Origin: Thermodesulfobium acidiphilum | Lineage (GTDB): Bacteria; Thermodesulfobiota; Thermodesulfobiia; Thermodesulfobiales; Thermodesulfobiaceae | Direction: 5' to 3' | Assembly: GCF_003057965.1 (NCBI RefSeq) | Contig: NZ_CP020921.1 | Coordinates: 856,916-920,915, forward strand | Length of the DNA: 64,000 bases | In this document: positions 39,052 to 48,620 of the stretch, piece after piece | How positions within the stretch are numbered: the first letter of the stretch is position 1 | Layout: each line of letters begins with the position of its first letter | Notes under the pieces: model-generated | The model's input: the letters and a program-made list of their open reading frames with translations, nothing else | What the model was told of the DNA's origin: nothing | Database searches by the model: none | Position numbers and translations under genes: made by a program

Positions 39052-39462
39052 TTAGGTTCGAAAAAAATCTACAATCCAGTCTTTAATCTTATCTCTAACT
39101 TCTCTAAACTTATCTAATTTTTCTTCTTTGGTTCCAGAAAACGATGCAGGATCTTCGAATTTTTTGTGAAATTGCTCCTTTCCTCCCGGAAAGTATGGGC
39201 AGCCCTCTTTTGCGTTATCGCAGACGGTTACTACATAATCAAATTCATCGTTCAGATACATATCAAAATTTTTGGAATATTGATTAGAGATATCGATCCC
39301 AATTTCTTTCATAACCTCTATGGCAAATGGATTAATAGATGTGGCAAAAGTGCCAGCGCTAAATGCTTCATAGTTTTCTGACAGCAAAGCGTTCATCAAA
39401 CCTTGTGCCATTTGAGAACGAGCGCTATTGTGAGTGCACAAAAATAAAACTCTTTTCTTCAT
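39052..39462 (-). CDS. arsC: Arsenate reductase (LMW-PTP, thioredoxin type)
   Basis: CTHNSARSQMA, TVCD.AKE.CP.FPG, DP. Confidence 0.88.
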   Translation of the reverse strand: MKKRVLFLCTHNSARSQMAQGLMNALLSENYEAFSAGTFATSINPFAIEVMKEIGIDISNQYSKNFDMYLNDEFDYVVTVCDNAKEGCPYFPGGKEQFHKKFEDPASFSGTKEEKLDKFREVRDKIKDWIVDFFRT

Positions 39463-39547
39463 TAATCTCTCCCAACTTAAGAATTTACTATATTATTTTA
39501 TTAAACTATTGTTAAAAACTTGTTAATGAAGAATAATACGAATTTTA

Positions 39548-40927
39548 TTATTTGCCTATTATCTTAGAGTATGAGCAGTCTTCAAGACTCTTGCCTTTAG
39601 GCTCTGTAAGAACTGATGTAGTTATAATTCCCATTAAACAAATAATTGAAACAATAACAAAGGTTATATTTAAGCCAAAAAACGATTCGGTAATAGGAAA
39701 AAGTAGTACTCCAAAAAAAGCTCCAAGTTTCCCTATTCCTGCAGATAAACCATGACCTGTGGCTCTATATTCGGTTGGAAAGAGTTCTGAAGGAAGCACA
39801 AAAGTAGTAGTATTGGGACCAAATTCAGTAAAAAGATAGCTAAGTCCATAGAGTATAAGAAATCCTGTTACATTATTTACTATGTCAGGTATTAATCCCA
39901 ATAATAAAAATGAAAGTGACATAATGCTAAAACCTATAAGTTGAATATATTTCCTTCCAATTATATCCATAAATATTATTGATAAAATATATCCTGGTAG
40001 AGCAAAAACAACAAATATTAAAAGCGAATAAATCATCTTTAACTCTAAAGAAGAACTATCACATATAGCGTTCATTACAATTGGTGTAGAAATCGTGTTG
40101 CCATAATAAGCCCAATCAAGCAAAAACCAACTACCAGCTGTTCCAAATAAAGTTAAAACATGTTGCTTGTTTGAAAAAAAATCTTTTAATTTATATCTAA
40201 TTCTCGAATTCAAATGTGGTGATTCATATGTCTTATCACCATTACCAATAAAATTTACAAAAGCAGTTAAGGCTGCTTTTTTATCACATACTATTTCTGA
40301 AAGATAACGAGGAGATTCAGGCAATTTTCTTCTTAGATAAATAACCATAATAGAAGGAATAGATCCTAACCCAAGCATTAAACGCCATACAAAGTCAAGT
40401 GGGATGTGAAGTAACAATAAACTTAAAGCAACAAGAGGACCAATTATAAGACCAAGAGCTTGCATAGAAAAAACTAAACCAACTAATTTACCCCGATCAG
40501 CTCTATTTGAATATTCACTCATTATAACAGCACTGACTGGATAATCTCCACCGATACCCAAACCTAAAATAAACCTTGAAAAAAGTAGAAACAAAAAGTT
40601 CGGCGAAAATGCTGACATTAGTGCACCAATTGTCATTATGAGAGCTTCAAGACCATAAATTTTTTTTCTGCCAAAATTATCTGCAAATCTACCAAAAAAA
40701 ATTGAACCAAACAAGGCAGCCAAAAGAGAACTACTACCGAGGAGTGCAATTTCTGAACGTGTAAGTCCCCAAACCGGAGCTATTAAAGATAAAGCTACAC
40801 CAATAATGAAGAGGTCATATGCATCAGTAAAAAAACCCATTCCTGAAACAAACATTGCTTTTAGGTGGTGCTTACTTAGTTTTAATTCGTCTAAATTTTT
40901 CTCAACCATACAAAATAATTGTAACAA
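39548..40927 (-). CDS. MFS transporter, phosphate:H+ symporter-like
   Basis: GFFTDAYDLF, GIGGDYP.SA...SE, W.LLD.AYY, FGPN.TTF..P.E.FPT. Confidence 0.85.
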   Translation of the reverse strand: MLQLFCMVEKNLDELKLSKHHLKAMFVSGMGFFTDAYDLFIIGVALSLIAPVWGLTRSEIALLGSSSLLAALFGSIFFGRFADNFGRKKIYGLEALIMTIGALMSAFSPNFLFLLFSRFILGLGIGGDYPVSAVIMSEYSNRADRGKLVGLVFSMQALGLIIGPLVALSLLLLHIPLDFVWRLMLGLGSIPSIMVIYLRRKLPESPRYLSEIVCDKKAALTAFVNFIGNGDKTYESPHLNSRIRYKLKDFFSNKQHVLTLFGTAGSWFLLDWAYYGNTISTPIVMNAICDSSSLELKMIYSLLIFVVFALPGYILSIIFMDIIGRKYIQLIGFSIMSLSFLLLGLIPDIVNNVTGFLILYGLSYLFTEFGPNTTTFVLPSELFPTEYRATGHGLSAGIGKLGAFFGVLLFPITESFFGLNITFVIVSIICLMGIITTSVLTEPKGKSLEDCSYSKIIGK

Positions 40928-40981
40928 AAAGCTTGAATTATGTTAAGTTAAGAAATTTAAATATTAATATAATGGCTTTAA

Positions 40982-42010
40982 TTAGCTGATAGGTAAAGAT
41001 ACAAAATTTAAATCAAAAGTTGTTTCTATTGAAAAAATATGTCTCTTTAAACAACATTTACATGGCATATTATATAAACCTTCTTTAAACGAAGAACGAA
41101 AATCTTTATATTTTTTTGAATTCCAAATTTCAGTTAAATCATCTGTTTCAATTTTACCAAATATTAACTTCTTATAATTTTTGTTGTCTATTGAATCAGA
41201 AATCAATGGTAAATTTGTAAAAACGCAGGGAGATGCTGAACCATCGCTGCCAATAAAGAGGCTTTTTTCGGGATTTTCACTACAAGTTCTTAATGTCTCT
41301 GTCAGTATTGGTATGTTACAATAAATTTCTAAGCCATAATCCCTTCCACGTTCAATTAAATTTTTAATTTTTTTTTGGAATTCATGTGATTCATTTAGGT
41401 TATTAAATTTCAATGATTCATTTTTAAATTTTGATGTAGGTATAAAGTCAAGCGTTGAGATAACTACCTGATTTATTCCTCTACCCTTCAATAAATCTGT
41501 TAATTTATAAATATTTTCTAATTCAGATGGAAATAATAAATATGCGATATTTATCACTGGCAGATTACTTTTCAACTTCTTTTTTACTTTGTTTATTTCA
41601 TTTATTGCGCTTAAAACTCTTTCTATCGAAGTTCCTTTTCTATATAGATCATTATTTTTGTCAACTCCAGCCAGTGAAAAAGAGATATTGTCCAATTCTG
41701 AATCGACTATTTTTTCAGATAACCCTTTGTCAATAAGATTTGCATTTGAAGTGGTACCTACTCTACAACCAGATTTCTTAGCAATTTCAATCATATCAAA
41801 TAATTTTGGGTTTAAAAATGGTTCTCCCCACCCTTGAAGATAAACAAGTTTTGTTTTATTTAAATGTGGTATTAATTTTTTAAAGGTTTCCATTTCAAAA
41901 TGTCTATTAATCCAATTTTCTTTATAAACAGTGTGGGGACAATAGTTACAACTTGCATTACAAAAGGAAGTAACCTCAACTTGTATCCAATCCCAAATTT
42001 TATTTTCCAT
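40982..42010 (-). CDS. Radical SAM protein with SPASM/twitch domain
   Basis: CNASCNYC, GWGEP, DG..SPC, CKCC. Confidence 0.9.
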   Translation of the reverse strand: MENKIWDWIQVEVTSFCNASCNYCPHTVYKENWINRHFEMETFKKLIPHLNKTKLVYLQGWGEPFLNPKLFDMIEIAKKSGCRVGTTSNANLIDKGLSEKIVDSELDNISFSLAGVDKNNDLYRKGTSIERVLSAINEINKVKKKLKSNLPVINIAYLLFPSELENIYKLTDLLKGRGINQVVISTLDFIPTSKFKNESLKFNNLNESHEFQKKIKNLIERGRDYGLEIYCNIPILTETLRTCSENPEKSLFIGSDGSASPCVFTNLPLISDSIDNKNYKKLIFGKIETDDLTEIWNSKKYKDFRSSFKEGLYNMPCKCCLKRHIFSIETTFDLNFVSLPIS

Positions 42011-42150
42011 GTTTACCCCCTTAATTTCTTAATGCTATTATTATTTTAAATCAAAAATTTTTTTTATAAATTTCAATATCAGCTATGCTAAAAATTTTAT
42101 TTATGGAATATAATATAATTTTATTACTTTGAACTGCATCTGGAGGTATT

Positions 42151-42840
42151 ATGAAAATTCTTGCTATTAGACATGTGGAGGAAGAAGGACTTGGTTATTT
42201 ATATAACGTTTTCTCAGAAAGAGGTTTTGGGATAGGAACTAATATTATAAGCATTTATGATGTCTTTAAAAATAATATTAGTAAAATCGATTTGAATGAG
42301 TATAACTTTTTAGTTATTTTGGGTGGATATATGGGAGTTTACGATCATGACAAATATTCATTTTTAAAGGATGAGTTTAAAATTGTAGAAAGCGCTCTAA
42401 ATAAAGATTTACCAGTTATAGGTATTTGTCTAGGTTCACAAATACTCGCACATGTTCTCGGAGCAAGAGTTTATAAAGGAAAAGAAGGCAAAGAAATTGG
42501 CTGGCATAAAATATACAAACAATACGATCATAAATTTATCCACAATTTTCCTAATGAATTTAAAGCTTTTTGCTGGCATGGAGACACTTTTGATCTGCCA
42601 AAGGATTCGCTTCACATATTTTCATCTGATAAATACCGAAATCAGGGGTTTATCTATAAAAATTCTATAGGCTTACAATTTCACATAGAAGTAGACCAGA
42701 ATATGATATTGAAATGGGCAAATTTATATTCTGACGAAATTAATAATGAAAAGATAAATAAGAATTCCTTAATAACAGATGTTGAAAATATCAAAAAAAT
42801 CCATAGTTATCTTGTCTCGCTAATTGATAATATGTTATGA
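42151..42840 (+). CDS. Class I glutamine amidotransferase
   Basis: GICLGSQ, WHGDTFDLP, LQFHIE. Confidence 0.9.
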   Translation: MKILAIRHVEEEGLGYLYNVFSERGFGIGTNIISIYDVFKNNISKIDLNEYNFLVILGGYMGVYDHDKYSFLKDEFKIVESALNKDLPVIGICLGSQILAHVLGARVYKGKEGKEIGWHKIYKQYDHKFIHNFPNEFKAFCWHGDTFDLPKDSLHIFSSDKYRNQGFIYKNSIGLQFHIEVDQNMILKWANLYSDEINNEKINKNSLITDVENIKKIHSYLVSLIDNML

Positions 42841-42848
42841 GTTTTAAA

Positions 42849-43220
42849 TTATATTTTAATACTTTCGCTATCAACAAACATAGACATTGCATAATAGTTC
42901 TTTCTTATATAAGATTCACATGCAATATGACCACCCAATAAACCCTTTATGGGTAAGTTTTGAGATTTACAACATTCAAGTGTATTGTATTTGATAGCAC
43001 ATGTTTTACAAACACCTAAAATATTTTGTCTAATATCAACATATAAGCTATTTAGAGGATGAGATGAATCATTAAAAATTGAAGTAATTAGTACTGCTCT
43101 ACACTCCAGTATAACTTTTGCCTCATTACCATTTTTATTCAGAATTTTTATATGCTTAAAAAGACGATAATATTTGCTAAAATCCGATGGATCCTCGCAG
43201 GCATAAAATAACATTTTCAT
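42849..43220 (-). CDS. DsrE-like protein, paralog of 35149-35496
   Basis: KVILE, GVCKTCA, GH pattern shared with the paralog. Confidence 0.6.
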   Translation of the reverse strand: MKMLFYACEDPSDFSKYYRLFKHIKILNKNGNEAKVILECRAVLITSIFNDSSHPLNSLYVDIRQNILGVCKTCAIKYNTLECCKSQNLPIKGLLGGHIACESYIRKNYYAMSMFVDSESIKI

Positions 43221-43332
43221 ATTACAACCTCCTAAAAATTTATTTTATTAATAGCCATCTCTCCTCTCATAATCAAATTAAATTATTAAATTTAATATAA
43301 TGTTAATTTTTAGTTAAATCACAGTTAATAAG

Positions 43333-44076
43333 CTATTCAAATATGAAAACAACTTGTACGTTTGCTCTTACTTCTATTTCACCACCTTCTATAGGTAGTG
43401 GCTGATTTGTCCCTGTTAAGGATTTATTGTAAAGATTTTCTTTCAAGATAGGATTTTGCATAAAAATTGGAGATACTGTTACGCTCTTTATCCCAGATAT
43501 CCTATATTTAGTTTTGTCCAATACTGCATTGGCTTGATTCCTTGCATCACTCATTGCAATTTCTATTGCCTGAAGTCTAAGCTGATTGATGTCTAATCGT
43601 TCGAATCTAATGTTATTAATTTGATTTACTCCATTATTGGTAAGTAAAGATATCATTTTGCCAGAATTTTCAACTGATGTTTTTAGAGTAAAGGATTCAG
43701 TTGCGCTATAGCCATCTAAAATTTCTTTGTTAGAATTTCTATCAAAAACGTATATTGGTTGGAGAGAAACGTTTGATGTCTTTATATCGTTCTTGTTAAC
43801 TCCCTGTTCATAAATTTTTTGTAAAAGGCTGTTAGCCTTCTGTGATAGAGTATCCATAGCATTAGACGGATCTGGGTTTTTTAAAGTAATATCAAAGTCT
43901 ATCAAAGCAATGTTTGGCCTTTCTTTTATTAAACCTGAACCTACCACCGATATAGTTTTATCGTTGTTAATTTTTAGATTGTAAATATTTTCCGATCCAA
44001 AAGATGGGTTGTTTGCCACTATCAGAAAACAAAATATAAATATAGAAACAAAAAATATATTGTAAATTTTATTCAT
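43333..44076 (-). CDS. SIMPL (DUF541) domain secreted protein
   Basis: Signal peptide; ISVVGSG...P, LQP.Y, A..DAR.QA, V.VVF. Confidence 0.88.
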   Translation of the reverse strand: MNKIYNIFFVSIFIFCFLIVANNPSFGSENIYNLKINNDKTISVVGSGLIKERPNIALIDFDITLKNPDPSNAMDTLSQKANSLLQKIYEQGVNKNDIKTSNVSLQPIYVFDRNSNKEILDGYSATESFTLKTSVENSGKMISLLTNNGVNQINNIRFERLDINQLRLQAIEIAMSDARNQANAVLDKTKYRISGIKSVTVSPIFMQNPILKENLYNKSLTGTNQPLPIEGGEIEVRANVQVVFIFE

Positions 44077-44557
44077 CTCTAAACCACTTTACTCTAACAT
44101 ACTTTTCACCCTCAGGATAAGTTATTTTAAGCTCACCTTTAAAAGCATTGTTTATTGCTTCTCCAATTCTTCTAGCAAGATGTTCATATGTTGTTTTTAT
44201 TTCTATACCATTTTCATTTTCAACAATAGATATAATCCTCTCAAGTGGCCTTCTTTCAATTTTATAAGCTTCAACATTTTTAACTGTGTTAATAATTTCT
44301 TCTTTATGATTATTTAAAAATTTTCCAGTAAGTAATACTACACCACCTTCATAATTATCTTCTATTCTTCTACATGCCGGACAAATCATCTTTGGGAACT
44401 CTTTTGGTATAGGTTTTACCCAACTAAAAATACCATCATTAAAAACTACTCCGCATCTTTCGCAAACTGAAGGTTCAGAATATTTTTCCTTGACGAAATA
44501 TGGATCGTGAAGATAATCCTTTATAAGTTTATCTTTTCTTCCGTTCAACAACAACAC
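44069..44557 (-). CDS. BCAM0308-family Zn-ribbon protein
   Basis: HDPY, CERCG...G..W, CPACRRI.D...G, P.ERI, TTYEHLARRIGEA, VRV.W.R. Confidence 0.8.
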   Translation of the reverse strand: MLLLNGRKDKLIKDYLHDPYFVKEKYSEPSVCERCGVVFNDGIFSWVKPIPKEFPKMICPACRRIEDNYEGGVVLLTGKFLNNHKEEIINTVKNVEAYKIERRPLERIISIVENENGIEIKTTYEHLARRIGEAINNAFKGELKITYPEGEKYVRVKWFRDE

Positions 44558-44578
44558 CTCCGTAATTTTTATTTACAT

Positions 44579-46051
44579 TTATGATGCACTCAATCTTTTT
44601 TCTTTAGCAACAATATTATCATTATTAGAAGTTAAAATACTTATAACTACAAATATAATTAAGTTTACCATCAATGCAGCAAAACCTGCATTTAAGTGAA
44701 GTCCAAAAATTGCAAGAGGATCCAACTTGCTAAAGGTTAAATAGACCACTAAAGTCTCTCCAACAATTAAGCCGCAAAATGAAGCAATCTTTGTAGCCCT
44801 CTTCCAGAACAATCCCAGAACGATCATAGGGAAAAATTGGGTAACTCCTGAATACCCTATTAAAAGAAGGTTAACCAATAAGTTTGGAGCAAAAATCGCT
44901 AAACAAAGAGCTGTAGCGGTAACTATAAAAACAATAATTCTTGCAACGAATTTCTGATGTGTGTGATCGGCATTAGGATTGAAACCTCTACAATAAATAT
45001 TCCTGGTGAAGATCATCGAGGTATTTAATATTAAGTCAGAAGCAGGAATCATACAAGCTAAAGCGCCAGCACCGCCAACAAGACCTAGGGCCCAACCCGG
45101 AAAAACCTTTTGAACCATTAACATAAAAGACATATCAGGATTACTTAGGCCCGGTATTATTAATAATGCCGTAAAACCAATAAGCATGGGGAAAAGCAAA
45201 CAAATCTGATATAAAGGAAGGAAAACTGCATTGTGTCTTAAAACTTCAGGACTTTTTGCGCTAAAACTGTTTGCAGAAAAGTGTGGCCACATATAAAACC
45301 CCAAACTTGTGAGTACCAGTGTAGACATCACCCAGCTCACATCAAGAACTTTAGTCCCACCAGGAAGAGCTAAGAATCCGGGCTTTGCAGCTTCTAGAGC
45401 TTCAAACATATTTCCAACACTACCAAAGAAATGGAATGGTAGATATAAACCAAAGAACACTACAGCAACTATCATTACTACATCTTTTATAACTGCAGTT
45501 GAAGCAACACCTTTAAGTCCACTAAGGTAAACAAAGATGGCTACTAGAGTAAAAGCTATTAACATTGCAGGAACCTTAGTAATCAAACCATAAGAACACG
45601 TTTGAATTATAATGCCTAAACCAGTCAATTGCAATTGAAGATATGGTAAAAGAAATAGTACGCCAATTATAGCAACTAAAATGCCTAATAGTTTACTATC
45701 GTAAATATGTTGTACCAAATCAGGTTGTGTCATCAAACTAAACTTTCTACCAATAGGAGAAATTTTTGGAAGTAGATAATATCCTACTACATAAGCAAGT
45801 GCGCCATAGCCCAATATATAAAAAGTAGGTCCACCTCTGGCATAAGCCCAACCGCTTGCTCCAAGAAAAGCAAAGGCAGTGTATATTTCTCCGGCTAAAA
45901 TAAACCAACTAAGCCATCTACCAAATTCTCTGCCACCAATAGCCCAACCTTCTAAGTTTAGCTTTTCTTTCATACCAGGGAGCATTCCTACAATAGTAGT
46001 AACAAAAATAAAAATAAAAATAATTCCTAAGGCTAAGAATTCATTTGACAT
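44579..46051 (-). CDS. Sodium:solute symporter (YhjB-like)
   Basis: GGR.FG, AGEIYTAF.FLG.SG, PYLQLQ..G, WPH. Confidence 0.9.
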   Translation of the reverse strand: MSNEFLALGIIFIFIFVTTIVGMLPGMKEKLNLEGWAIGGREFGRWLSWFILAGEIYTAFAFLGASGWAYARGGPTFYILGYGALAYVVGYYLLPKISPIGRKFSLMTQPDLVQHIYDSKLLGILVAIIGVLFLLPYLQLQLTGLGIIIQTCSYGLITKVPAMLIAFTLVAIFVYLSGLKGVASTAVIKDVVMIVAVVFFGLYLPFHFFGSVGNMFEALEAAKPGFLALPGGTKVLDVSWVMSTLVLTSLGFYMWPHFSANSFSAKSPEVLRHNAVFLPLYQICLLFPMLIGFTALLIIPGLSNPDMSFMLMVQKVFPGWALGLVGGAGALACMIPASDLILNTSMIFTRNIYCRGFNPNADHTHQKFVARIIVFIVTATALCLAIFAPNLLVNLLLIGYSGVTQFFPMIVLGLFWKRATKIASFCGLIVGETLVVYLTFSKLDPLAIFGLHLNAGFAALMVNLIIFVVISILTSNNDNIVAKEKRLSAS

Positions 46052-46061
46052 AATTCAGCTC

Positions 46062-46256
46062 CTATCCATTAGAATTTTTTGTATCAATTTTATAGACAAT
46101 ACTAAGACATACAAATGCTACAAATATACCTGCTACCAACCAAAAAGCTAAAAATGGAAGACCCAATACGATTGGTTTTACTGTGTTCACGAAAGGGATC
46201 GCTGCAATTGTCCAAACAAATGGAATTAGAGTCAAAACGAACTTTAAAGCTTTCAT
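46062..46256 (-). CDS. DUF3311/YhjC small symporter partner
   Basis: PF....PFVN...P..LGLPF..FW; directly upstream of the symporter. Confidence 0.85.
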   Translation of the reverse strand: MKALKFVLTLIPFVWTIAAIPFVNTVKPIVLGLPFLAFWLVAGIFVAFVCLSIVYKIDTKNSNG

Positions 46257-46277
46257 ACTGATATACCCCCTTATTTT

Positions 46278-47444
46278 TTATTTCAAAAGTTTTATCGTAG
46301 AATTAATAAGAACCTTAAGACCTACCATTAAGGCATCCTCATCGATATCGAAATGGGGGTGATGATGAGGATACACTATGCCCTTAGCTGCATTGCCAGC
46401 TCCAATAAAAAAGAACGCACCCTTTATTTTTTGTAGATAATAAGAAAAATCTTCAGCGCCCATTACTGGTTTTATATGTAGAACGTTTTCTTCTCCAATA
46501 ACTTCGATCGCAGAATTTTCAATTATTTTTGCAACGCTCTCGTGGTTTATTAGAGAAGGGTAGCCAAAGATAGGTTCCATAGTAAATTTTGCACTATTTG
46601 AAGCACATATTCCCTCACAGATTTCTTTAATGCGTTTAAACATTGTCTCTCTAACTTCCTGGGAAAATGTTCTTACTGTACCCTTTATAAGAGATTTATC
46701 AGGAATTATGTTAAAAGCGGAACCTGAGTTAAAAAGGCCGATGGATAAAACAGCATTTTCCAGCGGATCTATGCTTGTAGCTGTAATTATTTTAAGCGCA
46801 AGAATAATTTGTGCACCTGTTATAATTGGATCAATAGTTTGATGAGGCATTGACCCATGTCCTCCACGACCATTAATATTAATAATAAATTCATCAGCAC
46901 AAGCCATTAATTTATCATAACTAATCCCTATCTTTCCAGACTCAATTGGTTGCCACAAATGTGCTCCAATAATAATATCTACACCATCCAATGCCCCCTC
47001 TTCAATTAATCTTTTAGCACCTCCAATGGGTACTTTTTCTTCGTTTGGTTGGAAGATTAGTCTTAAGTTACCTCGCAATAAATCTATATTTTCAGAGAAA
47101 AATCTGGCAACTCCAAGAAGCATTGCTGTATGGCCATCATGTCCACACGCGTGGCACACATTAGGATTTCTTGATCTATATGATTTATCGATAGCATCAT
47201 CTATAGGTAAAGCATCTATATCTGCTCTTATTGCAACTCTTTTAGGACCACTTCCTATGATCTCACATATTACGCCAGTATCGCCAATTTTTTTAGGTTT
47301 TAATCCAAAACTTTCTAATTCAGAGATTATTTTTGCTTGAGTATTAAATTCTGCTAATCCAAGCTCTGGATACATGTGAAAATATCTTCTCATCTCTACT
47401 ACATATTCAAAGATATTTTGCAAAGAGTCCAATTTGTTATACAT
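46278..47444 (-). CDS. M20D amidohydrolase
   Basis: RR.FH..PEL, RAD.DALP, HACGHD.H, FQP.EE, GGHG..PH, EDF, HHP.F. Confidence 0.92.
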   Translation of the reverse strand: MYNKLDSLQNIFEYVVEMRRYFHMYPELGLAEFNTQAKIISELESFGLKPKKIGDTGVICEIIGSGPKRVAIRADIDALPIDDAIDKSYRSRNPNVCHACGHDGHTAMLLGVARFFSENIDLLRGNLRLIFQPNEEKVPIGGAKRLIEEGALDGVDIIIGAHLWQPIESGKIGISYDKLMACADEFIININGRGGHGSMPHQTIDPIITGAQIILALKIITATSIDPLENAVLSIGLFNSGSAFNIIPDKSLIKGTVRTFSQEVRETMFKRIKEICEGICASNSAKFTMEPIFGYPSLINHESVAKIIENSAIEVIGEENVLHIKPVMGAEDFSYYLQKIKGAFFFIGAGNAAKGIVYPHHHPHFDIDEDALMVGLKVLINSTIKLLK

Positions 47445-47527
47445 ATATACCCCCTATTTTATTGTATTTGAATATTATAAAACATTTAATTATGAAGTTA
47501 AATAAACAATCTTTATAATAAAACAAA

Positions 47528-48508
47528 TCAACAAGCAATTTTATTAAAAATATCCTGAATTTTTAAATGGTCATTTGTTTGGGTAAGGGCAAGACCTAAA
47601 AGTAAACGAGATTTAGATGTAGAAATTCCTTCCGAAAATATGCAACCAAAATCCTTTAGCCTGCTTGATCCACCCCTATATGAATATACAGGTAATACTC
47701 TGCCATTGTGACATCTTGAAGTGATTACAACTGGAATCCTTTGTTCTATGGCCATTATAATACCTTCTTCTAACTCAGGAGGCACATTTCCACGCCCAAA
47801 AGCTTCAATTACAATGCCCTCAGCACCATTTTTTATATAGAAGTCTATAATATCTGAAGTAATACCTGTATACGCTAAAATTGGCACAACCTTTGGGAAG
47901 TTTTCAGGAATTTGAAACTTTATCTTTGATCTATGATTGTTGTAGAAACAAATCCTATCTATATCAACATATCCAATTATTCCCATATTACCCGAATCAA
48001 ATGTTTTAACGTTGCTTGTATGACTTTTATGAACATATAGAGCCCCAAAAATTTCTTCATTTAGAGAAACCATTATACCTCTATTTTTTGCGCAATCGTC
48101 AATAGCTATTTTTGCAGAATTTTTTATATTTCTTGGACCATCTGAATCAAACTCGGATGCATCTCTTTGAGCAGCCGTGAAGATTATAGGCCTTTCATCA
48201 TCGATAGTCAATTCCAAAAAAAACGCACTATCCTCAATGGTATCTGTACCATGTGTTATAACTATCCCACTTATATTTTTATTTTTAAGTATATCTTTAA
48301 TTTTATTAGCGAGCTTTAATAAATTTTCTGGTTTCATATTGCAACTAGCAAAATTACTAAAATTTACTACTTCAAAATCTGCAATATCTCTAATGCCTGG
48401 CACGCTGCTTATAAGCCCTTCTCCAGTAACAGCAGGAATTGATTTTCCGGCTTCATTTTTTTTCATTGCAATTGTTCCCCCAGTTGCCACAATTACCACC
48501 TTTTTCAT
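47528..48508 (-). CDS. L-asparaginase
   Basis: ATGGTIA, THGTDTIE, DGP.N, K.HT. Confidence 0.92.
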   Translation of the reverse strand: MKKVVIVATGGTIAMKKNEAGKSIPAVTGEGLISSVPGIRDIADFEVVNFSNFASCNMKPENLLKLANKIKDILKNKNISGIVITHGTDTIEDSAFFLELTIDDERPIIFTAAQRDASEFDSDGPRNIKNSAKIAIDDCAKNRGIMVSLNEEIFGALYVHKSHTSNVKTFDSGNMGIIGYVDIDRICFYNNHRSKIKFQIPENFPKVVPILAYTGITSDIIDFYIKNGAEGIVIEAFGRGNVPPELEEGIIMAIEQRIPVVITSRCHNGRVLPVYSYRGGSSRLKDFGCIFSEGISTSKSRLLLGLALTQTNDHLKIQDIFNKIAC

Positions 48509-48620
48509 TGAATGCCTCCCACAAATTTTTTATTTTAATAATACTACTTAAAGAGGTATTTTAAATTAATTTGGTTTACAATGTAAGCTATAATTGTGAG
48601 TATGATAAAATATTTGGGAG

